From Vicinamibacterales bacterium (GTDB taxonomy: Bacteria; Acidobacteriota; Vicinamibacteria; Vicinamibacterales; CAVVIG01), in the NCBI GenBank assembly GCA_035534615.1, contig DATLRO010000082.1:65458-129457 (forward strand): a stretch of 64,000 nt of DNA, written 5' to 3'. Made by a program: the position numbers and the translations under genes. The notes under the pieces were generated by a model. It did no database searches, had not been told where the DNA came from, and saw only the letters and a program-made list of their open reading frames with translations. Shown here piece by piece: positions 1-10,980 of this stretch. Positions within the stretch are counted from its first letter, which is position 1, and every line of letters begins with the position of its first letter.

Positions 1-2954
1 ACCACGTCTTCCAGGTTGGTGAGCCAGTCGTTCAACTTGCTGGGATAGTTCATCATCAACTGCTTGGGCGCCCGCGCCTTGTACTGGAACAGCGCCACCG
101 CGACAGCCCCGGCCTTGTCGTCCAGCCGCTTTGCCGCCGCTGCGACGTCCGCCTGCGCCGAATCGCCGGTGAGGCGCCGCTGCAGCGCCGTCAGCTGGCC
201 CCGCAGGTCCTGGATCTGATTGAACGTGACGTGATCCTCGATGATCGCCTGATGGATCTTCATCATCAGCGCGAACTGCTTCGCCAGATCCGCGGGGGCC
301 GCCTGGACGCGCGGGTCGAGCTCGAGCGTGAGCGGACGGGTATACGTCCGCCCCGCCACCGTGAGCCGGACCTGGTAGCGCCCCGGGACGACCTCGGGCG
401 TGATGGGGCTGCCCTGTTCGAACACCGGCCCGCCCACCACGCTGAGGGCCGGCGGCGACGGATAGCGCAGGTTCCAGACCAGGCGGTGCATGCCCGGCTG
501 CGCCGACAGCGCGCCGGTCCGGCTCGAGAACGTGCGGATGGTGTGCCCCTGCGCGTCGAGAATCGCCAGGTCGACGTCGCCGGCCGGCGCCGACTTCAGC
601 ACGTAATCGATGATCGCGCCGTCCGGCGGGTTCGCCCCGGTGTCGGTCCCCGGCCGTCCGCTGCCGGCGCGCCCGCTCATCCGGTACGCCGTCTCCGGCT
701 GGTAGAGATACGCCTCGGCCGCCGCGACGGTGGCGTCGATCTGCCGGAGCGGCGTGATGTCATCCAGAATCCAGAAGCCGCGGCCGTGGGTCGCCACGAC
801 GAGGTCGTTGTCCTGGACGGCGAAGTCGCGCACGGAGACGGTCGGCAGATTGAGCTGCAGCGACTGCCAGTGATTGCCATCGTCGAACGAGACGTCGGCG
901 CCGGTCTCGGTGCCGGCGAACAGCAGCCCCTTGCGCACCGGATCCTCACGCACGACGTGGACGTAGCCGGGCGCCGCCAGGCCGTTCGTGATGGCGGTCC
1001 AGGTGTGCCCGTAGTCGTAGGTGCGGAAGATGTACGGCGTGAAATCGCCCAGCCGCTTGCCGTTGACCGCCGCGTACGCCGTACCGGGATCGAACGGCGA
1101 CGCCTCGATCAGGCTGACCTTCGCCCACTTGGGGAGGGCCGGCGGCGTGACGTCGTGCCACGTCTTGCCGCCGTCGCGCGTCAGCTGAATCAGGCCATCG
1201 TCGGTGCCGACCCAGATCTCGCCCTTCGCGACCGGCGAGGGCGCAATCGTGTAGATAACGTCGTAGATTTCCGCGCCGACGTTGTCCTTCGTGATCGGAC
1301 CGCCCGACGGCCCCTGCTTCGTCTTGTCGTTGCGCGTCAGATCCGGGCTGATGGCGTGCCAGCTCATCCCGTGGTCGGCCGTCTCGAGCAGCACCTGCGA
1401 GCCGGCGTACATCACGTGCGGATCCTGCGGCGAAAAGACGACCGGCGACGTCCAGCTGAAGCGGTACTTCATCCGATCGGCGCCGTAGCCTTCGGTGTCG
1501 TCCGGCCACGGCGTGATGTCCTGCATCTGGCCGTTGCGATGATCGTAGCGGGTCAGATCGCCGAAGTACGAGCCGGCATACACGATCTGCGGATCGGTCG
1601 GATCGGGGACGACGTAGCCGCTCTCCCCGCCGCCGACGTCGTACCAGTTGCGCAGGCTGATGGACCCGGTGTCGCTCCGGCTCTCGATCGCCGCCGTGCC
1701 GCGATCCTGCTGGGCCCCGTAGAGGTAGAACGGGAAGCGGTGATCCACTGCCACATGGTAGAACTGCCCGGTCGGCTCGTTCGACTCCGTGCTCCACGTC
1801 CGGGCCCCGTTCACCGTGACCGTGGCGCCGCCGTCATTGCCTTCGATCATCCGCCGCGGATCGATCGGGTTGATCCAGAGCGCGTGATTGTCGACGTGCG
1901 GCTCGCGCAGGACGGTGAACGTCTCACCGCCGTCGGTCGACCGCTGGAGCAGGAAGTTGAGGACGTACACCGTGTTCGGGTCCTTCGGATCGGCGTACAC
2001 CTTGAAGTAGTACCAGGGACGCTGCCGGAGGTGCTGGTCGGCGTTGATCAGCGCCCAGCGCCGCCCGCCGTCGTCCGACCGGAAGAGCCCGCCGTGTTTG
2101 GCGTTGACCAGCGCGAAGACCCGGTCGCCGTCGGCGCCCGACACCGACACCGAGATCCGGCCGAGGATCCCGGTCGGCAGGCCGTGGCCCTCCAGCTGCT
2201 GCCAGGTGACCCCGCCGTCGTTCGACCGGTAGAGCCCGCTGCCCGGCCCGCCGTTCTCCAGACTCCACGGCGTGCGGTAGACCTGCCACAGCGAGGCGTA
2301 CATGATGTTCCAGTTGTGCGGGTCGACGCTGAGATCGATCGCCCCCGTCCGGTCGTCCTTGTAGAGCACCTTCGTCCACGTGCGGCCGCCGTTGGTCGTC
2401 CGGAACACCCCCCGCTCCGCGTTCCGGTCGTACATGTGGCCAAGCGCCGCCACCACGACCACATCGGGATCGTGCGGATCGATGAGGATGCCGGCGATGT
2501 GCTGGGTGTCGTCGAGCCCCACGTGCTGCCAGGTCCGGCCGCCGTCGACCGACTTGTACACGCCGTCGCCGAACGAGATGTCGGTACGGGGGTCCGGTTC
2601 GCCGGTACCGACGTACACGACGTTCGGATTGGACGGTGCCACCGCGATCGCCCCGATCGACGCCACCGGCTGGTGCTGGAAGAGCGCCTGCCAGGTATTG
2701 CCGTCGTCGGTCGTCTTCCAGACGCCGCCATCGACCGCGCCGAAATAGAAGACGTCAGGCTTGCTGGGCACACCCGCCACCGCCTCGACGCGCCCCCCCT
2801 CGAACGGGCCGACCATGCGCCACCGCATGCCGGCATAGAGATCGGGGGAATAGGCCGGCGCGGCCGCCGCCAGGCCGATCGCGCCCAGCGCGACCGCCAG
2901 GCCCAGGCTGGTCGACAGGCGAACGACGAATCGTCTCAAGGGGGTGGTCGTCAT
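1..2954 (-). CDS. Sortilin/VPS10-like BNR (Asp-box) repeat beta-propeller protein, exported; partial (3' end lies beyond the left edge)
   Basis: Not in the ORF track because no stop lies in the window. Hand translation of the minus strand from ATG 2954..2952 (GAGGA 5 nt upstream) gives [105 protein letters not shown]..., open to position 1. It is collinear with and clearly paralogous to the 31369..34545 protein. The 231..3806 + ORF is its antisense shadow. Confidence 0.85.
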   Translation of the reverse strand, partial: MTTTPLRRFVVRLSTSLGLAVALGAIGLAAAAPAYSPDLYAGMRWRMVGPFEGGRVEAVAGVPSKPDVFYFGAVDGGVWKTTDDGNTWQALFQHQPVASIGAIAVAPSNPNVVYVGTGEPDPRTDISFGDGVYKSVDGGRTWQHVGLDDTQHIAGILIDPHDPDVVVVAALGHMYDRNAERGVFRTTNGGRTWTKVLYKDDRTGAIDLSVDPHNWNIMYASLWQVYRTPWSLENGGPGSGLYRSNDGGVTWQQLEGHGLPTGILGRISVSVSGADGDRVFALVNAKHGGLFRSDDGGRRWALINADQHLRQRPWYYFKVYADPKDPNTVYVLNFLLQRSTDGGETFTVLREPHVDNHALWINPIDPRRMIEGNDGGATVTVNGARTWSTESNEPTGQFYHVAVDHRFPFYLYGAQQDRGTAAIESRSDTGSISLRNWYDVGGGESGYVVPDPTDPQIVYAGSYFGDLTRYDHRNGQMQDITPWPDDTEGYGADRMKYRFSWTSPVVFSPQDPHVMYAGSQVLLETADHGMSWHAISPDLTRNDKTKQGPSGGPITKDNVGAEIYDVIYTIAPSPVAKGEIWVGTDDGLIQLTRDGGKTWHDVTPPALPKWAKVSLIEASPFDPGTAYAAVNGKRLGDFTPYIFRTYDYGHTWTAITNGLAAPGYVHVVREDPVRKGLLFAGTETGADVSFDDGNHWQSLQLNLPTVSVRDFAVQDNDLVVATHGRGFWILDDITPLRQIDATVAAAEAYLYQPETAYRMSGRAGSGRPGTDTGANPPDGAIIDYVLKSAPAGDVDLAILDAQGHTIRTFSSRTGALSAQPGMHRLVWNLRYPSPPALSVVGGPVFEQGSPITPEVVPGRYQVRLTVAGRTYTRPLTLELDPRVQAAPADLAKQFALMMKIHQAIIEDHVTFNQIQDLRGQLTALQRRLTGDSAQADVAAAAKRLDDKAGAVAVALFQYKARAPKQLMMNYPSKLNDWLTNLEDV

Positions 2955-3107
2955 CGTATCCTCGTCGGCCGCGGCGTCGTGCGGGGATCCCGGGGGGACC
3001 AGAGCGCGCCGTCACGAACGAGCAGCAAGATGGGAGCGTCATGGGTGACCGGGCATTCGCGGGTGTCACCCCCTGTCGGGGCCGCACGCAGCCGCGCGTA
3101 CGGGTCC

Positions 3108-3272
3108 GTCTGTGCGGGTCGAGCCGGTGCCAGCATCAAGTGGTGGTCTGTCTGCGGCGACCGGACTCATGCGAGGCGAGCAGAGCCGGGCTGCCTCAGA
3201 AGCGACCCAACAGGATTCCCGATCCGCAGGGGCTTTTCAAGCTCATCCGTCGAACAGGTCCGGCAGGGATTC
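3108..3272 (+). promoter_or_regulatory. Intergenic element, copy A (shares collinear blocks with 25681..25867); strand assignment tentative
   Basis: TGTGCG-N17-CATCAA (3111-3139) with CCGGTGCCA inside the spacer; GAAGCGA 3199-3205; ACAGGATT 3210-3217; degenerate second copy CAGGGATT 3264-3271. A possible helix AGAAGC/GCUUUU (3198-3203 / 3232-3237) is extended by CCC/GGG. Coordinates were anchored on the reading frame of track ORF 3112..3948. Confidence 0.3.
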
Positions 3273-3500
3273 AGGACAGGACCAGCAAGGTGGGGCCGGC
3301 CGCGCCGCCTGCCCGGAACCGGGCGTCGCCAGCATGGGCGCCCCGCGCGAAGCGCCGCGCAGGCCGGCGGGAACAATGGCGCGTTCCACGCGCAAAAACG
3401 CCCGCCGCTGTGGCCCGGGCCGGCGCACCGGCCCGGCAGACTCCGACACGGCCAGCCGGACTTTACTAGTGGGGACCGGCGCACAGCCGGTCCCTGGCGG

Positions 3501-3722
3501 CTACGCGCCCGGAGTCCGTTCCCGACGCCGCGTCGCGAACCCGAAGGCCGAATACATCGGGCACCAGCCGACGACGCCGGTCAGCAGGAGGATCACCCCG
3601 ACGACGAGCGCCACCCAGCCGAGGCCGCCGGTCACGGTGCTGGTCCACCAGACAGCCAGCGCCGCCAGGCCCAGCAGTCCGCGTACGATCCGATCCCACG
3701 GGGCTTCGTTCACCAGATTCAT
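3501..3722 (-). CDS. DUF2892 (YgaP-like) small membrane protein
   Basis: 73 aa with two hydrophobic helices and a C-terminal GWCPMY motif, as I recall for the DUF2892 family. GGAGGTG RBS about 5 nt upstream of the ATG. Confidence 0.7.
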   Translation of the reverse strand: MNLVNEAPWDRIVRGLLGLAALAVWWTSTVTGGLGWVALVVGVILLLTGVVGWCPMYSAFGFATRRRERTPGA

Positions 3723-3907
3723 ACCGCACCTCCGGTCATGTCAGGAGCACGAACGGTACCAGGCGTCCGCGAGCCTCAGGGGGCTGGCCGGATGCGTGGG
3801 CCCTGACCCTGGCCGGCGGGATGCCGGCCGAGCGCGTCATCAATCCCCTCCCCGGTCGGCTGGAGGACGAGGACGACGGCGGTGGAGGTGGCGGACGCGG
3901 AGGGCCC

Positions 3908-4819
3908 TCAGGGCCTGTCGTTGCCGCCGGACGCGGCGGGCGGCCTGATGCGCTGGTAGTCGAAGTACTGCCAGACGAGGTCGAGATCGAAGCTGCGGAA
4001 GAAGAACGCCCGGCCGTGTCCGCGAAACGTGGTCTCGACCGGGAGCCATGCGCCGTCGATCTCCCGGCGCGTCGCGGTCACCTTCAGTCCCTTGTCCAGT
4101 TGGACGAAGCCGGCGACGAAGCGGATGGAGCGCTGCGACTCGGCCTCGACGCGGACGACCTGATGTGACGCTTCCCCCACCCAGGCCTGCCCGGTGAAGG
4201 CGCTGGCGATGCGGCCCTCGCGGGTCTCCGGCGTCACCCCCGCGCGCGGTCTGAAATCCACGACGATCGACGGGACGCCGTCGACCGTCGCGCGGCCCGC
4301 CAGCGTGAAGTCGAACAGGCTGACGACGTCGGCGACGAGCTTCTGCTCGCGACGCCGCGCTGCGGCTTCCTGCTCGAGACGCGCCTTGCGTTCGGACGGC
4401 TGCTCCTGCTGCTGCTCCGCGCGATAGCGCTGCTCCTTCTCCTGCTGCTTGCGGTCCTCGGCCGTGAGCTGCGCCGGGGTCAGCGGCACGCCGTTGCGCG
4501 CGATGAGCCGCCGGTAGACGAGCGCGGGATCCACCGACGGTCGAACCTCGTACAGCAGGACGTCGCCCGTGCCCATCTGCCCGAACGGGTTCATGTGTAC
4601 CGTGGTCTCGCGTTCCTTGTAGGTGAACTGCCTCTGGACGTAGCTGTCGCTCGCGAGGTTCTTGCGCGCCTCCTGCAGGAACGCATGCGCATCGGGCAGC
4701 GGCGGCCCGGCCGGCTGGCCCGGCGCCGACACGGCCAGCAGCGTGAGGCACGCCACGACGGCCGGCGCGATCGCCCGGCCGGCTCTTCCCCGCCCGTTCC
4801 CGGATCCGTGTCGCCTCAT
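3908..4819 (-). CDS. Hypothetical exported protein with a central Glu/Gln/Arg-rich coiled-coil insert
   Basis: 303 aa with an N-terminal signal-like segment (AIAPAVVACLTLLAVSAPGQ), natural-looking composition, and GGGAG upstream of the ATG. I recognise no family. Confidence 0.6.
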   Translation of the reverse strand: MRRHGSGNGRGRAGRAIAPAVVACLTLLAVSAPGQPAGPPLPDAHAFLQEARKNLASDSYVQRQFTYKERETTVHMNPFGQMGTGDVLLYEVRPSVDPALVYRRLIARNGVPLTPAQLTAEDRKQQEKEQRYRAEQQQEQPSERKARLEQEAAARRREQKLVADVVSLFDFTLAGRATVDGVPSIVVDFRPRAGVTPETREGRIASAFTGQAWVGEASHQVVRVEAESQRSIRFVAGFVQLDKGLKVTATRREIDGAWLPVETTFRGHGRAFFFRSFDLDLVWQYFDYQRIRPPAASGGNDRP

Positions 4820-4924
4820 CGGGACTCCCGCGTGTCAGGGCCCTCGCCGCGGCGCTTGCCCACGCGATTGCGGCGCCGTGTACGGGGCGGATATGCTGGA
4901 GACGTGCCCGACGGGGATCGCCCG

Positions 4925-5869
4925 ATGCGTCTTCTTTTCTGCGGCGACATCTTCACCGAAGCGCGGCAGGTGCTGCAGAGCCGACTCCCTGCCGACGAGA
5001 TGGTGGTCTGCCCGCGCGACGCCGTCCGCGAATCGCTGGGCGGCGTCGACGTGGTCATTCCCATGATGACACCGATCGGCACCGACGTGATGGATGCCGG
5101 CCGGTTCCGGCTCATCCACCAGTTCGGCGTCGGGCTCGAGGGGGTGGATCTCGAGGCCGCGCGGGCGCGCGGCATCTGGGTCGCCAACGTGCCGTCGGCC
5201 GACACCGGCAACGCCGACTCCGTGGCCGAGCACGCGCTGCTGCTCATGCTGGCGGTCCTGCGGCGGCTGCCGGAGGCGCAGGCGAACATCCGGGCCGGGC
5301 GGCTCGGCAGCCCGCTGGGCCTGACGCTCGCCGGCCGGACGGTCTGCCTCTTCGGCCTCGGCGCGATCGCCACGGCGCTGGCCCGGCGGCTGCGGGCGTT
5401 CGACGTCCGTCTCCTCGGCATCAGCCGGCGCCTCGATCCCGCCCGGACGAAGGCGCTCGGCCTGGACGCCTGCTACGCGCCGGCCGACCGCGACGCGGCG
5501 CTCGCCCGGACCGACATCCTCGTGCTCTGCCTGCCGGTCACCGTGGAGACGCGCGGTCTCGTCGACGCCGCCGCGCTCGCGGCCCTGCCGCGCGGGGCCT
5601 GCCTGATCAATATCGCGCGCGGGCCGCTCGTGGATTACGCGGCGCTGTGCGCGGCGCTGTCGAGCGGCCATCTGGGCGGCGCCGGCCTCGACGTCTTCTG
5701 GCAGGAGCCGATCGCGGCGGACGATCGGCTGCTGTCGCTGCCGAATGTCGTCGCGACGCCGCACGTGGCCGGCGTGACCGACCGCTCGTACGCCGGGATC
5801 GCCCGGACGATCGCCGCCAACGTCGAGCGCCTCCGGCGGGGGGAACCGCCGCTGAACCGGGCCGCCTGA
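4925..5869 (+). CDS. D-isomer-specific 2-hydroxyacid dehydrogenase family, NAD-binding
   Basis: Internal ATG (residue 111 of track ORF 4595..5869) begins MRLLFCGDIF.... It has the GLGAIATALARRL Rossmann motif, ARGPLVD, and TPHVAG with the catalytic His. The upstream 110 codons are Arg/Pro-rich and overlap the divergent gene. Confidence 0.85.
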   Translation: MRLLFCGDIFTEARQVLQSRLPADEMVVCPRDAVRESLGGVDVVIPMMTPIGTDVMDAGRFRLIHQFGVGLEGVDLEAARARGIWVANVPSADTGNADSVAEHALLLMLAVLRRLPEAQANIRAGRLGSPLGLTLAGRTVCLFGLGAIATALARRLRAFDVRLLGISRRLDPARTKALGLDACYAPADRDAALARTDILVLCLPVTVETRGLVDAAALAALPRGACLINIARGPLVDYAALCAALSSGHLGGAGLDVFWQEPIAADDRLLSLPNVVATPHVAGVTDRSYAGIARTIAANVERLRRGEPPLNRAA

Positions 5870-5896
5870 CCGGCCCCGGCGACCGGAGGCCCGCGC

Positions 5897-8578
<2,682 letters not shown>

Positions 8579-8642
8579 CTCCAGGTCTCCGCGCTCGCGC
8601 GCCTCCGGCGTGCCGGCGGGCCGTGCCCGGGACCGCGTCGCC

Positions 8643-8930
8643 TCACGCCTCGAAATCCACCGACACGATGTGCGAACAGATCGCCACGCCGCCCTGCGCC
8701 ACCGGCACGTGACGGGGGTCGACGGCGTAGGCGTCGAGCGCCCGCCGGTCCAGGAATCGCACGACCAGCCCGGTGTCGTACGACCGGCTGGTGTGCACCT
8801 GGTCGGCGCCGACCTGCAGATCGACGACGCCGGCGAGGCCGGCGAGCGACGCGAGGGCGCGCCGATGCTCCGCGCGCGCCGCCTCACCGACCTCCGGCTT
8901 GTACTTGAACGCGACCAGGTGAATGAGCAT
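8643..8930 (-). CDS. Dabb (stress-responsive alpha/beta-barrel) domain protein
   Basis: 95 aa beginning MLIHLVAFKYKPE...VDLQVGADQ...YDTGLVVRF, a typical Dabb pattern. It lies between the M28 peptidase and the PAS kinase on the same strand with short gaps, so an operon is possible. Confidence 0.75.
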   Translation of the reverse strand: MLIHLVAFKYKPEVGEAARAEHRRALASLAGLAGVVDLQVGADQVHTSRSYDTGLVVRFLDRRALDAYAVDPRHVPVAQGGVAICSHIVSVDFEA

Positions 8931-8967
8931 GGCGCCGGACTCCGCTCCCTTCCGTTGTTCGACGCGA

Positions 8968-10461
8968 TCAGTGCCGGGCCGCCTGCGCCGCCGGCGGCAG
9001 CGGGATCCTGCCGTCGCGCATCGCGGCGTCGTAGGCGAACGCCGCGAGCACGATGGCCGATTCCTTCAGGCCGGCCTCGCTCACCCGCTCATCGGTGTCC
9101 ATGTTGGTGTGATGGATCCGGGTGTCGTAGTCCGTATAGTCCCGAATCGTATTGAAGCCGGCCATCCCGGCGTGGAGGAAGCTGAGGTGATCGGTCGCCC
9201 CGATCCCCTGCATCACGTTGTGGCGGGCGCCGAGATCGCGGAACGGCGCGAGCCAGGCGTCGAAGATCGGCTTGGCGGCCGCGTCCTGCTCCATATAGAA
9301 GCCGTAGACCGGTCCGGTCCCCGCATCGGTGTTGAAATAGACGTCGAACCGGTCGCGCGCGGCCCGGTTCTTCGTCCCGGCCAGGTACTGCTCGACGAAA
9401 TGGCGCGACCCCAGCAGCCCCTGCTCTTCGCCGCTCCACAGGCCGACGCGGATCGTCCGGCGCGGCCGGGCCCCGACCGCCTTGAGAATCCGCATCGCCT
9501 CCATCACCTCGGCGGCGCCGTCCGCGTTGTCGGCCGAGCCGGTGGCGCTGTGCCACGAGTCGAGATGCGCGCCGAGCATGACGACCTGGTCCTTCAGCGC
9601 CGGGTCGGTCCCGGGCAGATCCGCGAGCACGTTGAACGTGTCGGGGTCGGCGGTGTAGTAGCGCCCCTGCACGTCGACGCGCAGCTTGACCGGCATCTTC
9701 CGCTGCAGCATCCGCAGAATCAGGTTGTACTGCTCGCCCGCCATGACGATGCTGGGGACGGCATCGGCGCCCTCGTCCCGGCCCATGACGAACACCGTGC
9801 CATCGTCGCCGGGGCTCGGCTCGAGCACCGCGCCGACGCCCACTTGGTGCAGGGCGTGAATGAACGCCTGCCCCGGCTTGCCGATCCGGGCCGGATCGAA
9901 CGGAAAGCGCGGCGCCGTGCCGGCGGTCGGGTCGGTCGACCGCGTCGGCTGCAGGCGATCCGCCGTGATGAACGTCGTCTGCATCGGCTGGCTGAGGACG
10001 ATGGCCCCCTTCAATTTCGCGCCCATGGCCAGCACGTCGGCCGCCGTCTTGTCGCCGAGATAGACCGGCGTGCCGACCAGCACCCCCGGCGTGGACGCCG
10101 ACCAGCCTTCGGCGTAGCCGAGCAGCGGCGTGTAGCGCGGCGCCACCATTTCCAGCGTCAGCTTCTGCAGCGTCCAGCCGCGGCCGAACCGCCAGGGTTC
10201 GAGCCGGGCGTCGGTCAGGCCGAAGCGCCGGAGCTCGTCGCGCGCCCAGGCCGACGCCGCTTTCTGCGCGGGCGATCCGGTCAGGCGTGGACCGAACTGC
10301 GTCGTGATCGTCTGGAAGATCGCCGCCACGTGCGAGTGCTCGAGGCCTTCGCTGCGGATCTTCGCCATCATCGCCATGTCGACCGCATCGTCCGACCGGA
10401 CCAGTCCGGTTCCCGCCACCACCAGCACGGCGACCGCCGCCAGCCATCGTGTTGCGTTCAC
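8968..10461 (-). CDS. M28 family metallopeptidase with PA domain, exported
   Basis: Trimmed to the GTG at residue 61 of the track ORF (VNATRWLAAVAVLVVAG... signal anchor), with GGAGGAG 7-8 nt upstream. It shows M28-like metal-ligand blocks (GAHLDSWH, DNADGAAEV, WSGEEQGLLGS, HTNMDT). Confidence 0.8.
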   Translation of the reverse strand: MNATRWLAAVAVLVVAGTGLVRSDDAVDMAMMAKIRSEGLEHSHVAAIFQTITTQFGPRLTGSPAQKAASAWARDELRRFGLTDARLEPWRFGRGWTLQKLTLEMVAPRYTPLLGYAEGWSASTPGVLVGTPVYLGDKTAADVLAMGAKLKGAIVLSQPMQTTFITADRLQPTRSTDPTAGTAPRFPFDPARIGKPGQAFIHALHQVGVGAVLEPSPGDDGTVFVMGRDEGADAVPSIVMAGEQYNLILRMLQRKMPVKLRVDVQGRYYTADPDTFNVLADLPGTDPALKDQVVMLGAHLDSWHSATGSADNADGAAEVMEAMRILKAVGARPRRTIRVGLWSGEEQGLLGSRHFVEQYLAGTKNRAARDRFDVYFNTDAGTGPVYGFYMEQDAAAKPIFDAWLAPFRDLGARHNVMQGIGATDHLSFLHAGMAGFNTIRDYTDYDTRIHHTNMDTDERVSEAGLKESAIVLAAFAYDAAMRDGRIPLPPAAQAARH

Positions 10462-10557
10462 AGGTGCGCTCCTCCTGCAGGAAGGTGTGGAATGCCGGGA
10501 CAGAGGATAGCACCAGATCCCCGGGCCGCGGCGGCCGGCGTCCGGGTCCCGTGCGGG

Positions 10558-10586
10558 TTGACAGCCGCGCAGCCGGCCGCTAGACT
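10558..10586 (+). promoter_or_regulatory. Sigma70-type promoter candidate for an orphan plus-strand transcript
   Basis: TTGACA (10558-10563), a 17-nt spacer, then TAGACT (10581-10586). Coordinates were verified against the frame of the overlapping track ORF 8968..10641. Confidence 0.5.
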
Positions 10587-10592
10587 CGGGCC

Positions 10593-10795
10593 TGCTCGCC
10601 GCGCACGGCACCGACCTCGCTGATCCCGCTCGCTCCCGCACGCCGCATGGTCTCCAGGACGATCTGTCCGTGTTGTTGCGCCTGTCATTGCAGGCGGGTG
10701 GGAGTGGTCTGACCGTGCGCGGCTGACAGCGTCTTCGCCATCATCAACTGGCGGGTTCAACCACGGCCGCTCGCCTCTGGAGCGGCCTTTTTTTT
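10593..10795 (+). ncRNA. Candidate ~200-nt small RNA / micro-ORF transcript bounded by a promoter and an intrinsic terminator
   Basis: The predicted TSS lies about 7 nt after the -10 box, and the 3' end is defined by the stem-loop plus T8. There is no plus-strand protein gene on either side. It contains a 21-codon Cys-rich ORF (10647-10712). I could not match it by eye to any known RNA family. Confidence 0.45.
10765..10795 (+). terminator. Canonical Rho-independent terminator
   Basis: GGCCGCTC (10765-10772), a 7-nt loop, GAGCGGCC (10780-10787), then TTTTTTTT (10788-10795). This is the only T run of this length I saw in the window. On the other strand there is no U tract after the stem, so it is unidirectional. 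Confidence 0.8.
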
Positions 10796-10980
10796 GGACC
10801 GGCGGCTGCCCGCCGGCCGCGGGAGTCTTCCTTGACCTCCATTCGTGCACAACGTCATCGCCAACGTGCCGGCCTCGGCCGGCGGCGGCGCGGCCGACTC
10901 TGAACGCGGCCCGCTCCCAGGCCGTGCCGCTGCTCGACGTGCGGCTGGACAAGGCGTGGACGGTCGGCCGCGTCCGGCGC

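Noticed and set aside
3127-3132. TGGCAC on the minus strand (complement of the shared CCGGTGCCA block, also at 25693-25698), resembling the -24 element of sigma54 promoters.
   Set aside because: The obligatory GC of the -12 element is absent at the correct spacing in both copies: positions 14-15 after the T of TGGCAC read AC and GA.
3441-3470. Shared string GTAAAGTC(C/T)G on the minus strand here and at about 53458-53470, both just downstream of minus-strand stops; a possible TAAAGT -10 box.
   Set aside because: There are only two occurrences, no acceptable -35 at 16-18 nt in either, and a hand estimate gives roughly 0.4 chance occurrences per window. This is too weak to call.
231-3806. 1191-aa plus-strand ORF, the longest in the track. 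Similar giant ORFs lie at 6140..8908 (+), 21774..25271 (+), 32023..34497 (+), 44290..47841 (+), 53601..57116 (+) and 62457..63995 (-).
   Set aside because: All are extremely Arg/Pro/Gly/Ala/Asp-rich with no recognisable motifs. Each lies exactly antisense to a gene with clear family signatures (sortilin-like, PAS kinase, ureB/ureA plus receptor, sortilin-like, MFS plus S9, M20 plus M13, hutH). Stop-codon depletion on the antisense strand of high-GC genes explains them.
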